IMG/VR virus record: IMGVR_UViG_3300023442_000001
Span: 7,299 to 71,298 of that record
DNA length: 64,000 nt
Source of the DNA: a virus
Direction: 5' to 3' (one strand)
The notes under the pieces are model-generated. The model had not been told where the DNA came from, ran no database searches, and saw only the letters and a list, made by a program, of their open reading frames with translations. The translations under genes were made by a program, and so were the position numbers. Shown in pieces: positions 29,261 through 38,078 of the stretch (the first letter of the stretch is position 1; every line of letters starts with the position of its first letter).

Positions 29261-31213
29261 ATGGCAAATGAATCTGCTGGTGTTTATTCCCAGATTATCC
29301 AATTAGGAAATTATGTTTCTGCCGTTCCGAGTACGGTTGCTTTTATTGCAGCCTTGACGGATCGTGGAGAAGATAATAAATTGAAATTTATTTCTTCTCA
29401 AGAAGAACTTATCGGTGAATTTGGAAAACCAAATATGGCCAAATATGGGCGGTCTTATGGTCAAGGTTTATACAATGCGTTTAATTTTTTAGCTGAATCA
29501 GGTGCTCTTTATTTTATTCGTGTTTTGCCTGATGATGCTACGTTTGCGAATATTCGTATTTCTGTAACGGATACGGGTGTTCAAGTCGATCAATTTACAG
29601 ATATGAATTCTATCGAAGAACTTCAAACTAAACTTGAAAGTGAAACCAATTTATATCCAGTATGTATTTTATATCCAATTGGCCGTGGGGATTATTATAA
29701 TAATTTATCAGTTAAATTTACGAAAGTTAGCAATCCCGTTCAGAACGATGTATATCAGATGGATATTTATTCTCTTCAGGAAGACGGGTCTAATATTATT
29801 GTCGAATCGTTTAATATTTCATTTGATCCAAATGCTATGGGGGCAGATGGCGAATCAATTTATCTCCCTTATGTTCTTGAAAAATATTCATCATATATTC
29901 GGGCTCTTACAGAAAGAGCAAATGGATCATATGCTGAAGGTTATGATCGAGCTTTTCGTGTTTATGACAAGGAAGTTGGCGTTCTTTCAGCAAGTGTGGC
30001 CAATGCTACGCTTACAGATTCAGGACAAGATTTTTCTGACTGGAAATCCGGATATTATATTACATTAATCGATAGGCGTGGGCGTAAGGCTGCTGGTTTT
30101 ACCGCTGAGGCGGGAGCCTTGACAGATCCTACACAGATTCAGCTTTATACGACATCTGATGGATCTGCCCAGGGATGGGCCGATATTGATACTGATTTTG
30201 ATGGAAATAATGTAATTTCTTATAGTGTTAAAAAAATGGATAGGGATGTTTCCACGGAATTCGTTTCTAATGTACCATTTAGATATGGTTCAGTAGGATC
30301 GCTCATTGACACGAATGGAAATATTAATTCAAGTGTTGCGAACCAATATCTAGCAAATGCATACACAGGAAATTTGAAAAATCCAAAAGCTCCTGGTTTT
30401 TCTGCTTCGTCAGAATCGTCATATGAACGGGCTGTTTTAGATACTGAGAATGTATATTTCAACATTGTTTTAGATGGTGGATACCCAGAATCCGTCAAAA
30501 CTTCGATTGCTCAACTTTGTTATGAATTAAGACGGGATTGTATTGCCATTCTAGATATGGGCGATAATGCGTCTTCAGATGCTGCGGTATCTGTTCGGGA
30601 TAATAATCTTGCTTTTAATTCATATTTTATTGCTCTTTATGATAATTATTCAAAAGTCTATGATCAATTTACTGGACAAGATATTTGGGTATCTCCAACA
30701 TATCATATGTCATATTTAATTCCTAGAAATGATAATTTAGCTTCGATTTATGCAGCTCCTGCTGGATTTAATAGGACCGCTATTCAAAACATTAAAGAAC
30801 TTCGTTATGTCCCTCGACAGGGAGATCGTGATCTTCTATACGTGAATCAGATTAACGTGATTGCCAAATTTAAGGAAGGTTATGCTCCATGGAGCCAATT
30901 AACCAGCCAGGTTAAAGCTGGTCCAATGCAAGATCTGAATATAGCTCGTCTTGTTTTGTATATCGAACGTGCTTTGAAAGAGTTTGCACGTGGATTTATT
31001 TTTGAAGAAAACGATGAAGTGACTTGGAGTGCGGTGTCTGCTGAAGTGATTAATTTCTTAGAAGATATCAAACGGAATCGTGGTTTATATTCGTATAAGG
31101 TAGAAGTTGGTGCTACTGATTATGAACGGAAGAATAAGACTTTTCATATTAATGTAACCTTAGAGCCGACTCGGACAACTGAACGTATCAATCTTAAGTT
31201 CTTTGTCGAATAA
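29261..31213 (+). CDS. contractile tail sheath protein
   Basis: AGVYS..., FGKP, RRDCIAILD, APAGFNR, LNIARL...FIFEEND, V.LEPTRTTERI motifs. Confidence 0.95.
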   Translation: MANESAGVYSQIIQLGNYVSAVPSTVAFIAALTDRGEDNKLKFISSQEELIGEFGKPNMAKYGRSYGQGLYNAFNFLAESGALYFIRVLPDDATFANIRISVTDTGVQVDQFTDMNSIEELQTKLESETNLYPVCILYPIGRGDYYNNLSVKFTKVSNPVQNDVYQMDIYSLQEDGSNIIVESFNISFDPNAMGADGESIYLPYVLEKYSSYIRALTERANGSYAEGYDRAFRVYDKEVGVLSASVANATLTDSGQDFSDWKSGYYITLIDRRGRKAAGFTAEAGALTDPTQIQLYTTSDGSAQGWADIDTDFDGNNVISYSVKKMDRDVSTEFVSNVPFRYGSVGSLIDTNGNINSSVANQYLANAYTGNLKNPKAPGFSASSESSYERAVLDTENVYFNIVLDGGYPESVKTSIAQLCYELRRDCIAILDMGDNASSDAAVSVRDNNLAFNSYFIALYDNYSKVYDQFTGQDIWVSPTYHMSYLIPRNDNLASIYAAPAGFNRTAIQNIKELRYVPRQGDRDLLYVNQINVIAKFKEGYAPWSQLTSQVKAGPMQDLNIARLVLYIERALKEFARGFIFEENDEVTWSAVSAEVINFLEDIKRNRGLYSYKVEVGATDYERKNKTFHINVTLEPTRTTERINLKFFVE

Positions 31214-31238
31214 AAACAAAAAATTAAATAATTTTTAC

Positions 31239-31276
31239 AAAAAAATAGGGTCCCCATAATGGGGACCCTATTTTTT
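31239..31276. terminator. bidirectional intrinsic terminator
   Basis: AAAAAATAGGGTCCCCAT-A-ATGGGGACCCTATTTTTT between convergent genes. Confidence 0.9.
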
Positions 31277-31442
31277 AATTCATGAAAATAAGAATAATCC
31301 CCCACATTGATAAATAAGCCATTAATACCATATCTAGAGCTTGTTGGATCGGATGATCTAGTAATGTTGTACATATTTTATATATCTTATATATAAAGCG
31401 AAAGAAAAAATAAATTGTTGAGACGGCTAAAAACATTTTCAT
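31275..31442 (-). CDS. small membrane protein (55 aa)
   Basis: AAGGAG RBS, ATG 31442, two hydrophobic stretches. Confidence 0.55.
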   Translation of the reverse strand: MKMFLAVSTIYFFFRFIYKIYKICTTLLDHPIQQALDMVLMAYLSMWGIILIFMN

Positions 31443-31586
31443 GTTACTCTCCTTTTGGATATAAGTTTTTGACAAATCCGTAAATGAAATATACGATAAC
31501 GATGACTAGCAAACCTATATTGAAATAACGAAGAAGAAAATCTGTATTCCATTTGGGGCTCCTTGAACTTTGAGGACTTACGGATA

Positions 31587-31805
31587 ATGACTGAGAAAAC
31601 TGCCACTTTAATTAATCTTAATCGAAAATTACAGGCTAATCTTAGAGAAATGAATATTACGATATGTAAACGGTTAGATTTTATTTGGTTAGAAAACAAT
31701 CTTCCAAAAACCCGAGCCGATCATCCTCTATTCAATGAAACATATGAACTCCTTAAAAAGATTATTAAACTTAAGTTTGGTGATAATTGGCTTAAAAAGA
31801 GTTAA
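31587..31805 (+). CDS. small hypothetical protein (WLxxN...HPxF family)
   Basis: GAGGA RBS before ATG 31587; paralogous to 31919..32116. Confidence 0.6.
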   Translation: MTEKTATLINLNRKLQANLREMNITICKRLDFIWLENNLPKTRADHPLFNETYELLKKIIKLKFGDNWLKKS

Positions 31806-31903
31806 AGTTTTTTGAAAAAGATATTTAGATAAAATATAAAAATGAGAACCCCCCATACAAAACATGTCCCGCCTAACAAAATTAGTCCAATGTATTGAAT
31901 CAT
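31802..31903 (-). CDS. 33-aa single-TM peptide, absent from the ORF track
   Basis: MIQYIGLILLGGTCFVWGVLIFIFYLNIFFKKL*; paralog at 33335..33427. Confidence 0.6.
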   Translation of the reverse strand: MIQYIGLILLGGTCFVWGVLIFIFYLNIFFKKL

Positions 31904-31918
31904 TTTTCACTACAGTGA

Positions 31919-32116
31919 TTAAAGTTCATTTCGTATTTCTTCTCTAATAGCTTTTTTGATCAATTCGATAGCTTCTTTGAATTTTGGATGTTCTTTATTT
32001 TGGAAATGGATATTCCTTGCTAACCATTTTAGGTTAACAAGATTTAGTTCGGTCTTCCGAATTGTTGGGAGATCGAAATCCTTTAAGATTTCTTTGAGAT
32101 TGTCTTTTGTATTCAT
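31919..32116 (-). CDS. small hypothetical protein (WLxxN...HPxF family)
   Basis: LKWLARNIHFQNKEHPKFKEAIELIKK aligns with FIWLENNLPKTRADHPLFNETYELLKK of the 31587 protein. Confidence 0.65.
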   Translation of the reverse strand: MNTKDNLKEILKDFDLPTIRKTELNLVNLKWLARNIHFQNKEHPKFKEAIELIKKAIREEIRNEL

Positions 32117-32127
32117 AATAGACCCCT

Positions 32128-32712
32128 TTAGGATTTGATGAGTTTTAAATAGTGAACTTCCTTTTTAGGAGGTTGTATAGGGTACTCTGGTTCTCTAATA
32201 TCCACTCTAATCAAATCTTGTAAGAGTTCCCCATTCGAATTACAGAGAAACGCTTTCGCTAGTTTCCCTGCTAAACTATTCCAAAATAGATCATTGCCTC
32301 CGTATACCATAATCAAAGCAACATATTCTTGTTTACAATATGGATCAACAATTATGATCCGTGTATCAGCTTTTTTCTCATCGAAGGCATGTATTTCAAA
32401 CGCAATTCGACCATCATTTTCGGCAAGTTTGTGAAAAATTTTAAGAGATGGGATTTTATCCTCTGCTGCTGCAAAGAATTCATAGTATTCTGGAAACATG
32501 AAAAAGTGATAATACCTCATAGAATGCTTATTAAAAGAGAATCCCATGTTTGTACCTTCAATTTCAACACCACGACTATATCTTAAATTTACTATTCCAG
32601 AGTAAAAATCTTTTTTGGTAATAAGAGCTTTGAGTTCTGGAAATACGTTTTGAACGTTTTGGAAAATCTCATCAATCGTGATCTCTCTGACTGCATTGAT
32701 TTCCATTTTCAC
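32128..32712 (-). CDS. hypothetical protein (putative early gene)
   Basis: C-terminal GKL...FLCNSNGELL motif shared with the adjacent gene. Confidence 0.65.
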   Translation of the reverse strand: MKMEINAVREITIDEIFQNVQNVFPELKALITKKDFYSGIVNLRYSRGVEIEGTNMGFSFNKHSMRYYHFFMFPEYYEFFAAAEDKIPSLKIFHKLAENDGRIAFEIHAFDEKKADTRIIIVDPYCKQEYVALIMVYGGNDLFWNSLAGKLAKAFLCNSNGELLQDLIRVDIREPEYPIQPPKKEVHYLKLIKS

Positions 32713-32737
32713 TTCCTTTCATTTAAAGTGAACGATT

Positions 32738-33190
32738 TTAGAGGAAACGAAACGGTTTTACGTATAAATTTTGATGTTGATTTCCATCATCATCTATAAA
32801 TTCCATGGGGGTTTCTAATAACTCCCCACATGGATTACATAAGATTTTTTCACCTATTTTTCCTATGATTGATTTATGAAACTCCCTACTCTTTCCTTCT
32901 CCTGTTACCTCCATGATCCAATGATTTTGATTATATATAAATTTAAATGTTAATGTAACATTATCATTGCTAATTTCAGTCATGATGACATCATAAAGCT
33001 GTTCCGGTTGAAGAATATTATATCCCTCTTTATATTTTTCTTCTGTTAATAAATATAGAATTTCATATGGTTTTGGACATTTGTTCCAAATTTTCAATCG
33101 AGGCGGATTTGGATTTTCTCCAATCATTTTCAAGATGATTGGGACAATTTCAAATGGAGTTTTGTCAACCATACGCACTACAATTTTCAT
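32738..33190 (-). CDS. hypothetical protein (paralog of 32128..32712)
   Basis: GKI...ILCNPCGELL motif; GGAG RBS supports ATG 33190. Confidence 0.65.
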   Translation of the reverse strand: MKIVVRMVDKTPFEIVPIILKMIGENPNPPRLKIWNKCPKPYEILYLLTEEKYKEGYNILQPEQLYDVIMTEISNDNVTLTFKFIYNQNHWIMEVTGEGKSREFHKSIIGKIGEKILCNPCGELLETPMEFIDDDGNQHQNLYVKPFRFL

Positions 33191-33334
33191 AACCCATTCT
33201 CCTTTAAAATTTCCAAAGACACCTCCCATATTTCGTTTTTTGTTCTGTTTTGATTTATTTTTTTATGAAAAAACGTATGATTTACTTAAGAAAATTATTA
33301 AATTTAAATTTGGAGATAATTGGATTAATAATAA

Positions 33335-33427
33335 TTAAAGTTTTCTGAAAAAGATATTGAGATAAAATATAAAAATAAAGATCCCCCACACTAAACAAAC
33401 TCCAATTAACAAACACCATTCAAACAT
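33335..33427 (-). CDS. 30-aa single-TM peptide, absent from the ORF track
   Basis: AGGTG RBS; MFEWCLLIGVCLVWGIFIFIFYLNIFFRKL*. Confidence 0.6.
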   Translation of the reverse strand: MFEWCLLIGVCLVWGIFIFIFYLNIFFRKL

Positions 33428-33474
33428 TTTTTTCACCTTTTATAGTGGATTTATATCGACTTAAAATTTTTAGG

Positions 33475-33503
33475 AAAAAAGAAAGGGGATTATTTATCCC
33501 CTT
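33475..33503 (-). terminator. intrinsic terminator
   Basis: AAGGGGAT/ATCCCCTT stem with a U-tract on the minus strand, downstream of the 33511 gene. Confidence 0.6.
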
Positions 33504-33510
33504 GATTATA

Positions 33511-33936
33511 TTAGATTAGATGACAGAACAATTCTGTTTCGATAAGCTTCTTTTCTCGAAGCTCATCGAAATCGGATTGTTCTCCGGTGGTAACAGAGAA
33601 CATTACGTTTCTTTTTCCTTCTTCGATACAGATCATTATTTTGATCTGTATCGTTTTATACATGATTTCGATTTTAATTCTAGGATTTAGACTTGACGAC
33701 CCCAGAAAAAAGTTTTTATATAACCACTCCTTGTCTGTTTCAGACCAGGGGTGATGATAGTCATATACTGTTACTTTCCTGATAAATTGACCATATGCCT
33801 CTTCTTCCACAAATGAACTACTGGTGATAGTGTTTTCTATCACTATATAAAATAATTTTTTGAATTTTGTTTCTAGAATGTTAAAGTAGTCTTTGAATAT
33901 GGGTGCGTGGATGATTCTTTTGATTTCCATTTTCAC
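33511..33936 (-). CDS. hypothetical protein (putative early gene)
   Basis: 141-aa ORF with GGAGG RBS. Confidence 0.65.
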   Translation of the reverse strand: MKMEIKRIIHAPIFKDYFNILETKFKKLFYIVIENTITSSSFVEEEAYGQFIRKVTVYDYHHPWSETDKEWLYKNFFLGSSSLNPRIKIEIMYKTIQIKIMICIEEGKRNVMFSVTTGEQSDFDELREKKLIETELFCHLI

Positions 33937-33981
33937 CTCCGGTTAGAATTTACACCTTTTTTGGGTTAAAAAGGGGGGCGA

Positions 33982-34458
33982 TTACTCGCCCCCTTCTTCG
34001 GCGTGTTCTATATCCCACAACCAGTATGGGATGATCCCAATCTGGTTCGCTAAGTAAATTGGATGATTATGATCATTGATTTCGACTTTTTTTAGAAGGC
34101 TCGTGTCGCCTTCTACCTCTAAAATTCGGCGTAGTGTGCCCGAGCCGGGGGTGCGAAACACCGCCGCTCGGATCTGTACCATTGCCGCCTGTGGCCACTC
34201 AACCCATTTTCTATATTTGAATAGACTTTTTACATCACCATTTATTATTGAGGTCCATTCTTCATCAAGCAGGTAGCAGTTCATTGAAGTCGTGGGGACT
34301 TCAATGAATCCATACTCTCCTTCATTATTTGGGGTTTCGTACCCGAAAGAGATTCTGGTGGATCCTCCGGGTAAGTTTTTACTAATTTTCTGGATTTCCT
34401 TTATTGTTTTGTTTTCAATCAACTCATTAAACTCTCCTTCAATGTAAATCTTTTCCAT
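33982..34458 (-). CDS. hypothetical protein (putative early gene)
   Basis: 158-aa ORF with AAGGAG RBS; first gene of the minus-strand island. Confidence 0.7.
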   Translation of the reverse strand: MEKIYIEGEFNELIENKTIKEIQKISKNLPGGSTRISFGYETPNNEGEYGFIEVPTTSMNCYLLDEEWTSIINGDVKSLFKYRKWVEWPQAAMVQIRAAVFRTPGSGTLRRILEVEGDTSLLKKVEINDHNHPIYLANQIGIIPYWLWDIEHAEEGGE

Positions 34459-34613
34459 CTTCTAACTCCTTTCTTCCGGGTGCACCACGTCAGGATTAAA
34501 GTAATCCCCAGTTGGTACAAAAACTGGGGATAAATTCTTTCACTAATTAATATATATAACTATTTGTTTTCTAAATCATTTTATCGTAAAGAAATAATGG
34601 GGGATTTTGGGGG

Positions 34614-34624
34614 GTGAGAACAAA
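34614..34624 (+). promoter_or_regulatory. candidate late promoter GTGAGAACAAA (copy 4)
   Basis: G-run plus motif upstream of 34663. Confidence 0.7.
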
Positions 34625-34662
34625 ACTTATGAGAATCATTAAAAAAAGGAATAATTTAAATA

Positions 34663-35094
34663 ATGAAAACCAAAATTCAAAAGATTAACGAATGTATGTT
34701 CGCTGAGGTAAATATTCCTAAAAACGAATCCCATAAAAGAATAATGGTAGATTTTGATGGAACGATTCATAAATATTCTAAAGGATTTTATGATGGTTCT
34801 ATTTATGATGAACCCTTTGAAGGTGTAAAAGAAGCTTTAAATCAATTAAAAGAAAAAGGTTATGAAATTATTATTTATAGTGCTCGAATCTGTCCCGATG
34901 TAAATGAAGATCATGAACATCAAATGGAAGAAATGAAAGAATGGTTAAATAGATATGAAATTCCTTTTGACGATATGACATATAAGAAATTAGCAGCGGA
35001 TCTTTATATTGATGATCGTGGATATCGATTTGAAGGTGATTGGAATAAAGAGTTTCCTATTATGTTAGAAATATTAGAAAGGAAGGGAAATTAA
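34663..35094 (+). CDS. HAD-superfamily phosphatase (minimal, capless)
   Basis: VDFDGT, YSAR and K..ADLYIDDR motifs. Confidence 0.85.
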   Translation: MKTKIQKINECMFAEVNIPKNESHKRIMVDFDGTIHKYSKGFYDGSIYDEPFEGVKEALNQLKEKGYEIIIYSARICPDVNEDHEHQMEEMKEWLNRYEIPFDDMTYKKLAADLYIDDRGYRFEGDWNKEFPIMLEILERKGN

Positions 35095-35105
35095 GTGAGA
35101 ACAAA
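35095..35105 (+). promoter_or_regulatory. candidate late promoter GTGAGAACAAA (copy 5)
   Basis: Immediately after the HAD stop codon, upstream of the tube gene. Confidence 0.65.
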
Positions 35106-35166
35106 TAAAAGGATTGTGAGGCGTTATGTAATTGTTTAACGTAAAATTTTTGGAGGTATTTCTGGA

Positions 35167-35895
35167 ATGAAATATTCTTTTGCTGCTTTAAGCCAAAATT
35201 TGTGGAGCCGTAAGTTCGGTGGAACCACAGTTGGCGTAGCTAATCCTTATGTTAGTGGATATCATTTTATCTGGTTTTCGAATCTTCCGAGACTTTTATA
35301 TGCATATACTCAGAATGGGTCTAGTGGCATTTCAAGTAATGGAGAAATTCAAAATATTTTAGCCGCGTCTTGTTTAAGCGTTACGCCTCCAGGCGGTACC
35401 TTAAATAAGATTGATTTCACCGGCCTTGGTGGGACAAAATGGGCTGTTCCAGGAACGGTTGATTATGGTGATTCCGTTTCTATTAAATTTCTTGAATTTG
35501 AAAACACTCCAATTTTAGATATTTTTCATGGTTGGATTAAAATGATTCGGGATTATCGGACTGGAACAACTGATATGTTAGCTGGCGATGAAGGGGATGG
35601 ATATACAAAGAAAACGTATGCCGCTTTTATGTATTATTGGACAACCGCTCCTGATGGTTTAACTGTCCAATATTATGCAGCCTATGATGGTGTATTTCCA
35701 CTCAAAGACCCTCAAGATATTTTTTCAAGTGATGTTGAATCTGTCGGTCGAGTGGATATTGAAATTGATTTTAATGTTGATTATATTTGGCATGAACCTT
35801 GGGTTAAAGATAAATGCGCTAGCTTAGCTCAATCTCTGTTCCGCCAGTCAAGGGATACTATTCGTACATATGGTCAGACAGAAGCTGGAGCTTAA
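35167..35895 (+). CDS. tail tube protein (gp19-like)
   Basis: SVTPPG.TL..I......PG.VDY...VSIKFLE...W...YDGVFP...IDFNVD tube-fold pattern, in myovirus context. Confidence 0.7.
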   Translation: MKYSFAALSQNLWSRKFGGTTVGVANPYVSGYHFIWFSNLPRLLYAYTQNGSSGISSNGEIQNILAASCLSVTPPGGTLNKIDFTGLGGTKWAVPGTVDYGDSVSIKFLEFENTPILDIFHGWIKMIRDYRTGTTDMLAGDEGDGYTKKTYAAFMYYWTTAPDGLTVQYYAAYDGVFPLKDPQDIFSSDVESVGRVDIEIDFNVDYIWHEPWVKDKCASLAQSLFRQSRDTIRTYGQTEAGA

Positions 35896-35919
35896 GGGGA
35901 TAGAGAAAAGAATTGGGGG

Positions 35920-35930
35920 GTGAGAACAAA
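35920..35930 (+). promoter_or_regulatory. candidate late promoter GTGAGAACAAA (copy 6)
   Basis: Upstream of ATG 35994. Confidence 0.7.
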
Positions 35931-35993
35931 GAGTTGAAAGATGTGGGATTTGCCACAAATTCTAATTACTTATTTGAAGAGAGGAATAAAATA

Positions 35994-36884
35994 ATGAGCA
36001 CTCTGTCACATGATTTGAAGGAAAGTATTACTTTTATGTCTATTGCACGGGAAACCGCTGCTAGCATTTTAGAAGCTAATGGGGCTACGGAAGATCTTGT
36101 TTCTTACGTGCTGAATGAGGCTTCTGACTATCAGATTATGTCTCTTCTGGTAAATGAGAAGATGCCTGAAGAGAAGTATAATCTTGAAGAAGAGATGAAG
36201 GTATTTGATCAGTTTAAGCAAATTGTAGCTGAAAATTCTGAGTTTCTGGCTACGGCTTTTGGTTTCGGTACTGTTTATAATCTTATTGAGAATGTACAGC
36301 CCACTAGCCTGTATGGCGTATCAACCGCTAAACCCATTCTTGAGCATTTTCTAGCTCTCCAGGAACAGGCCACTCCTGCTGAGGTGGCTATGGGCCAGGG
36401 TGTAACATCAACGGCTAAATGGCGTCAGCTTCAGCAAGCTGTTGGTGTAGGCACTAAGGAAGGTAAGTCTATGGTAGCTCGTCTGGCTGAGCTGAAGGCT
36501 CGTCTGAATCAGATGTTTGACAAGGGCCTGGATAACGCTTCAACTTTTATGAGCAAACTGAAGACGGATATTCCAAAGTATCTGTCAGACAATCGTGGGG
36601 CCGTAGCCGTTGGTGGAGCTATTTTGGCTGCTCTGATTGCTTATGGTCTCTATCGTATTTATAAGAATCGTAAGAATAAGGCTCTTCAGGCTTGTAAGGA
36701 TAAGCCAGGTGAGGCTAAGAAGCTTTGCATCAAGAATTTTGAGAAGAAGGCCCTCAAAGATCAGATCAATGGTCTGAAGGCTGCCAAGGCTATGTGCAAG
36801 TCTTCTAAGAATCCAGATAAGTGTGTGGCTGCTCTGGATAAGAAGATTGAAAAACTGAATAAGAAGATGGCCAAAGTTGGTTAA
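35994..36884 (+). CDS. putative abundant internal head protein with TM helix and Cys/Lys-rich C-terminus
   Basis: GAGGA RBS supports ATG 35994; many (L/I/V)xE motifs in the N-terminal half; distinct CTG/AAG-rich codon usage; own promoter motif and terminator. Confidence 0.55.
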   Translation: MSTLSHDLKESITFMSIARETAASILEANGATEDLVSYVLNEASDYQIMSLLVNEKMPEEKYNLEEEMKVFDQFKQIVAENSEFLATAFGFGTVYNLIENVQPTSLYGVSTAKPILEHFLALQEQATPAEVAMGQGVTSTAKWRQLQQAVGVGTKEGKSMVARLAELKARLNQMFDKGLDNASTFMSKLKTDIPKYLSDNRGAVAVGGAILAALIAYGLYRIYKNRKNKALQACKDKPGEAKKLCIKNFEKKALKDQINGLKAAKAMCKSSKNPDKCVAALDKKIEKLNKKMAKVG

Positions 36885-36924
36885 TTGATTTAGCTGTTCC
36901 ACGCACCTCCTTTTATTTTCTATT

Positions 36925-36966
36925 TCTCTCCCCCTATTGGGTTTTCCAATGGGGGGAGAGATTTTT
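36925..36966 (+). terminator. intrinsic terminator
   Basis: TCTCTCCCCCTATTGG / CCAATGGGGGGAGAGA followed by TTTTT. Confidence 0.8.
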
Positions 36967-36969
36967 AGT

Positions 36970-36980
36970 GTGAGAACAAA
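36970..36980 (+). promoter_or_regulatory. candidate late promoter GTGAGAACAAA (copy 7)
   Basis: After the terminator, upstream of the baseplate operon. Confidence 0.7.
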
Positions 36981-37075
36981 GGGTTGAGATAGAAAATAGC
37001 GAAAAGACTTGATTTTTGAATCATTATTGATTAGAATATAACGCGAAACCCAAACTTTGAAAAGGAGAATGAGAA

Positions 37076-37864
37076 ATGCCATTCACAGGATTCCAAGTTG
37101 AATATCCAAAGTATGAAGTAATTACCCCGCAAACTAAGAAATCATTTACGGTACGTTCTTTAACTGTCGCAGAAGAAGAAAGACTTAAGGGAAGCTTCGT
37201 TACACCTGCAAAAATTACAGAACATTTAAATCGTTGTCTTTTCGATGCTATTGTTGAAAAGCCAGAAGGAATTCATGATTTCAATTCGTTTCTGAAAAAT
37301 TTAACAATTAAAGATCGTGAAGCACTTCTTTTTGGTTTATACCATATCACATATGACGAAGATCGAAATTATACCGTTCGATGTGTGTCCTGCGGGAAAA
37401 CATATGATGTAACGGTAGAAGCTTCGGATACATTTAATTTTAATCCATATCCTGGTGATGATATTCTTGAAAAGCGTATTCCCTTGAAGCTCAAAGTTTT
37501 ATCAAATGTAACAGTTGTTTTAAAACAACCTACTCTCATGGATGAATGGATGGCCATTAAAGATTTGGCTAGAAATCCAACTTTCAATTTAGATAATATT
37601 ACGGAAACATTGATTATTGAATCCATTACAAACGAACTTCCAAGCGGGGAAGTTATAGAATACACAGATCGTGGTGATATTATTGATGCTTATAAGGCCC
37701 TTCCTGCTAGGGATAAAAGAATTATTTATAAAACTTGGTATGAAGAAGTTGGACAATATGGAATCGATCTCAAAATGAAGTCTTATTGCGTACATTGTGG
37801 GGCCGAGGAGGTAGTAAATATCGACCTTTCCGAGCAATTTTTTCGCGCAATCTTTGAATCATAA
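37076..37864 (+). CDS. baseplate hub assembly protein (T4 gp26-like)
   Basis: P.Y.V..P......VRSLTVAEE motif and two CxxC pairs. Confidence 0.7.
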   Translation: MPFTGFQVEYPKYEVITPQTKKSFTVRSLTVAEEERLKGSFVTPAKITEHLNRCLFDAIVEKPEGIHDFNSFLKNLTIKDREALLFGLYHITYDEDRNYTVRCVSCGKTYDVTVEASDTFNFNPYPGDDILEKRIPLKLKVLSNVTVVLKQPTLMDEWMAIKDLARNPTFNLDNITETLIIESITNELPSGEVIEYTDRGDIIDAYKALPARDKRIIYKTWYEEVGQYGIDLKMKSYCVHCGAEEVVNIDLSEQFFRAIFES

Positions 37865-38078
37865 TGAAATTGATAGATATAGAAAAGATTTAGAAGAAAC
37901 TATTTTTTTGGTCATGGAAACGTCTAAACAAAGTTATCCAGAAGTAATGACTATGCCAGTTCATAGATTTAAAAATTATCTCAATTGGAAAATCAAATTT
38001 GAGGAACAAAAAAGAAAACTAATGGAAAAAGAAATGGAGAAATCTTCATCCTATGGCTTCCAAAATAGAAAAGTTTAA
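37854..38078 (+). CDS. small baseplate/tail assembly protein
   Basis: SY.EVM.MPV..F..Y motif typical of the small gene that follows gp26-like genes; start uncertain. Confidence 0.5.
   Translation: MNHNEIDRYRKDLEETIFLVMETSKQSYPEVMTMPVHRFKNYLNWKIKFEEQKRKLMEKEMEKSSSYGFQNRKV

Noticed and set aside
35913-35993. N-terminal extension of the 323-aa ORF from TTG 35913
   Set aside because: It overlaps the promoter motif; the RBS supports ATG 35994.
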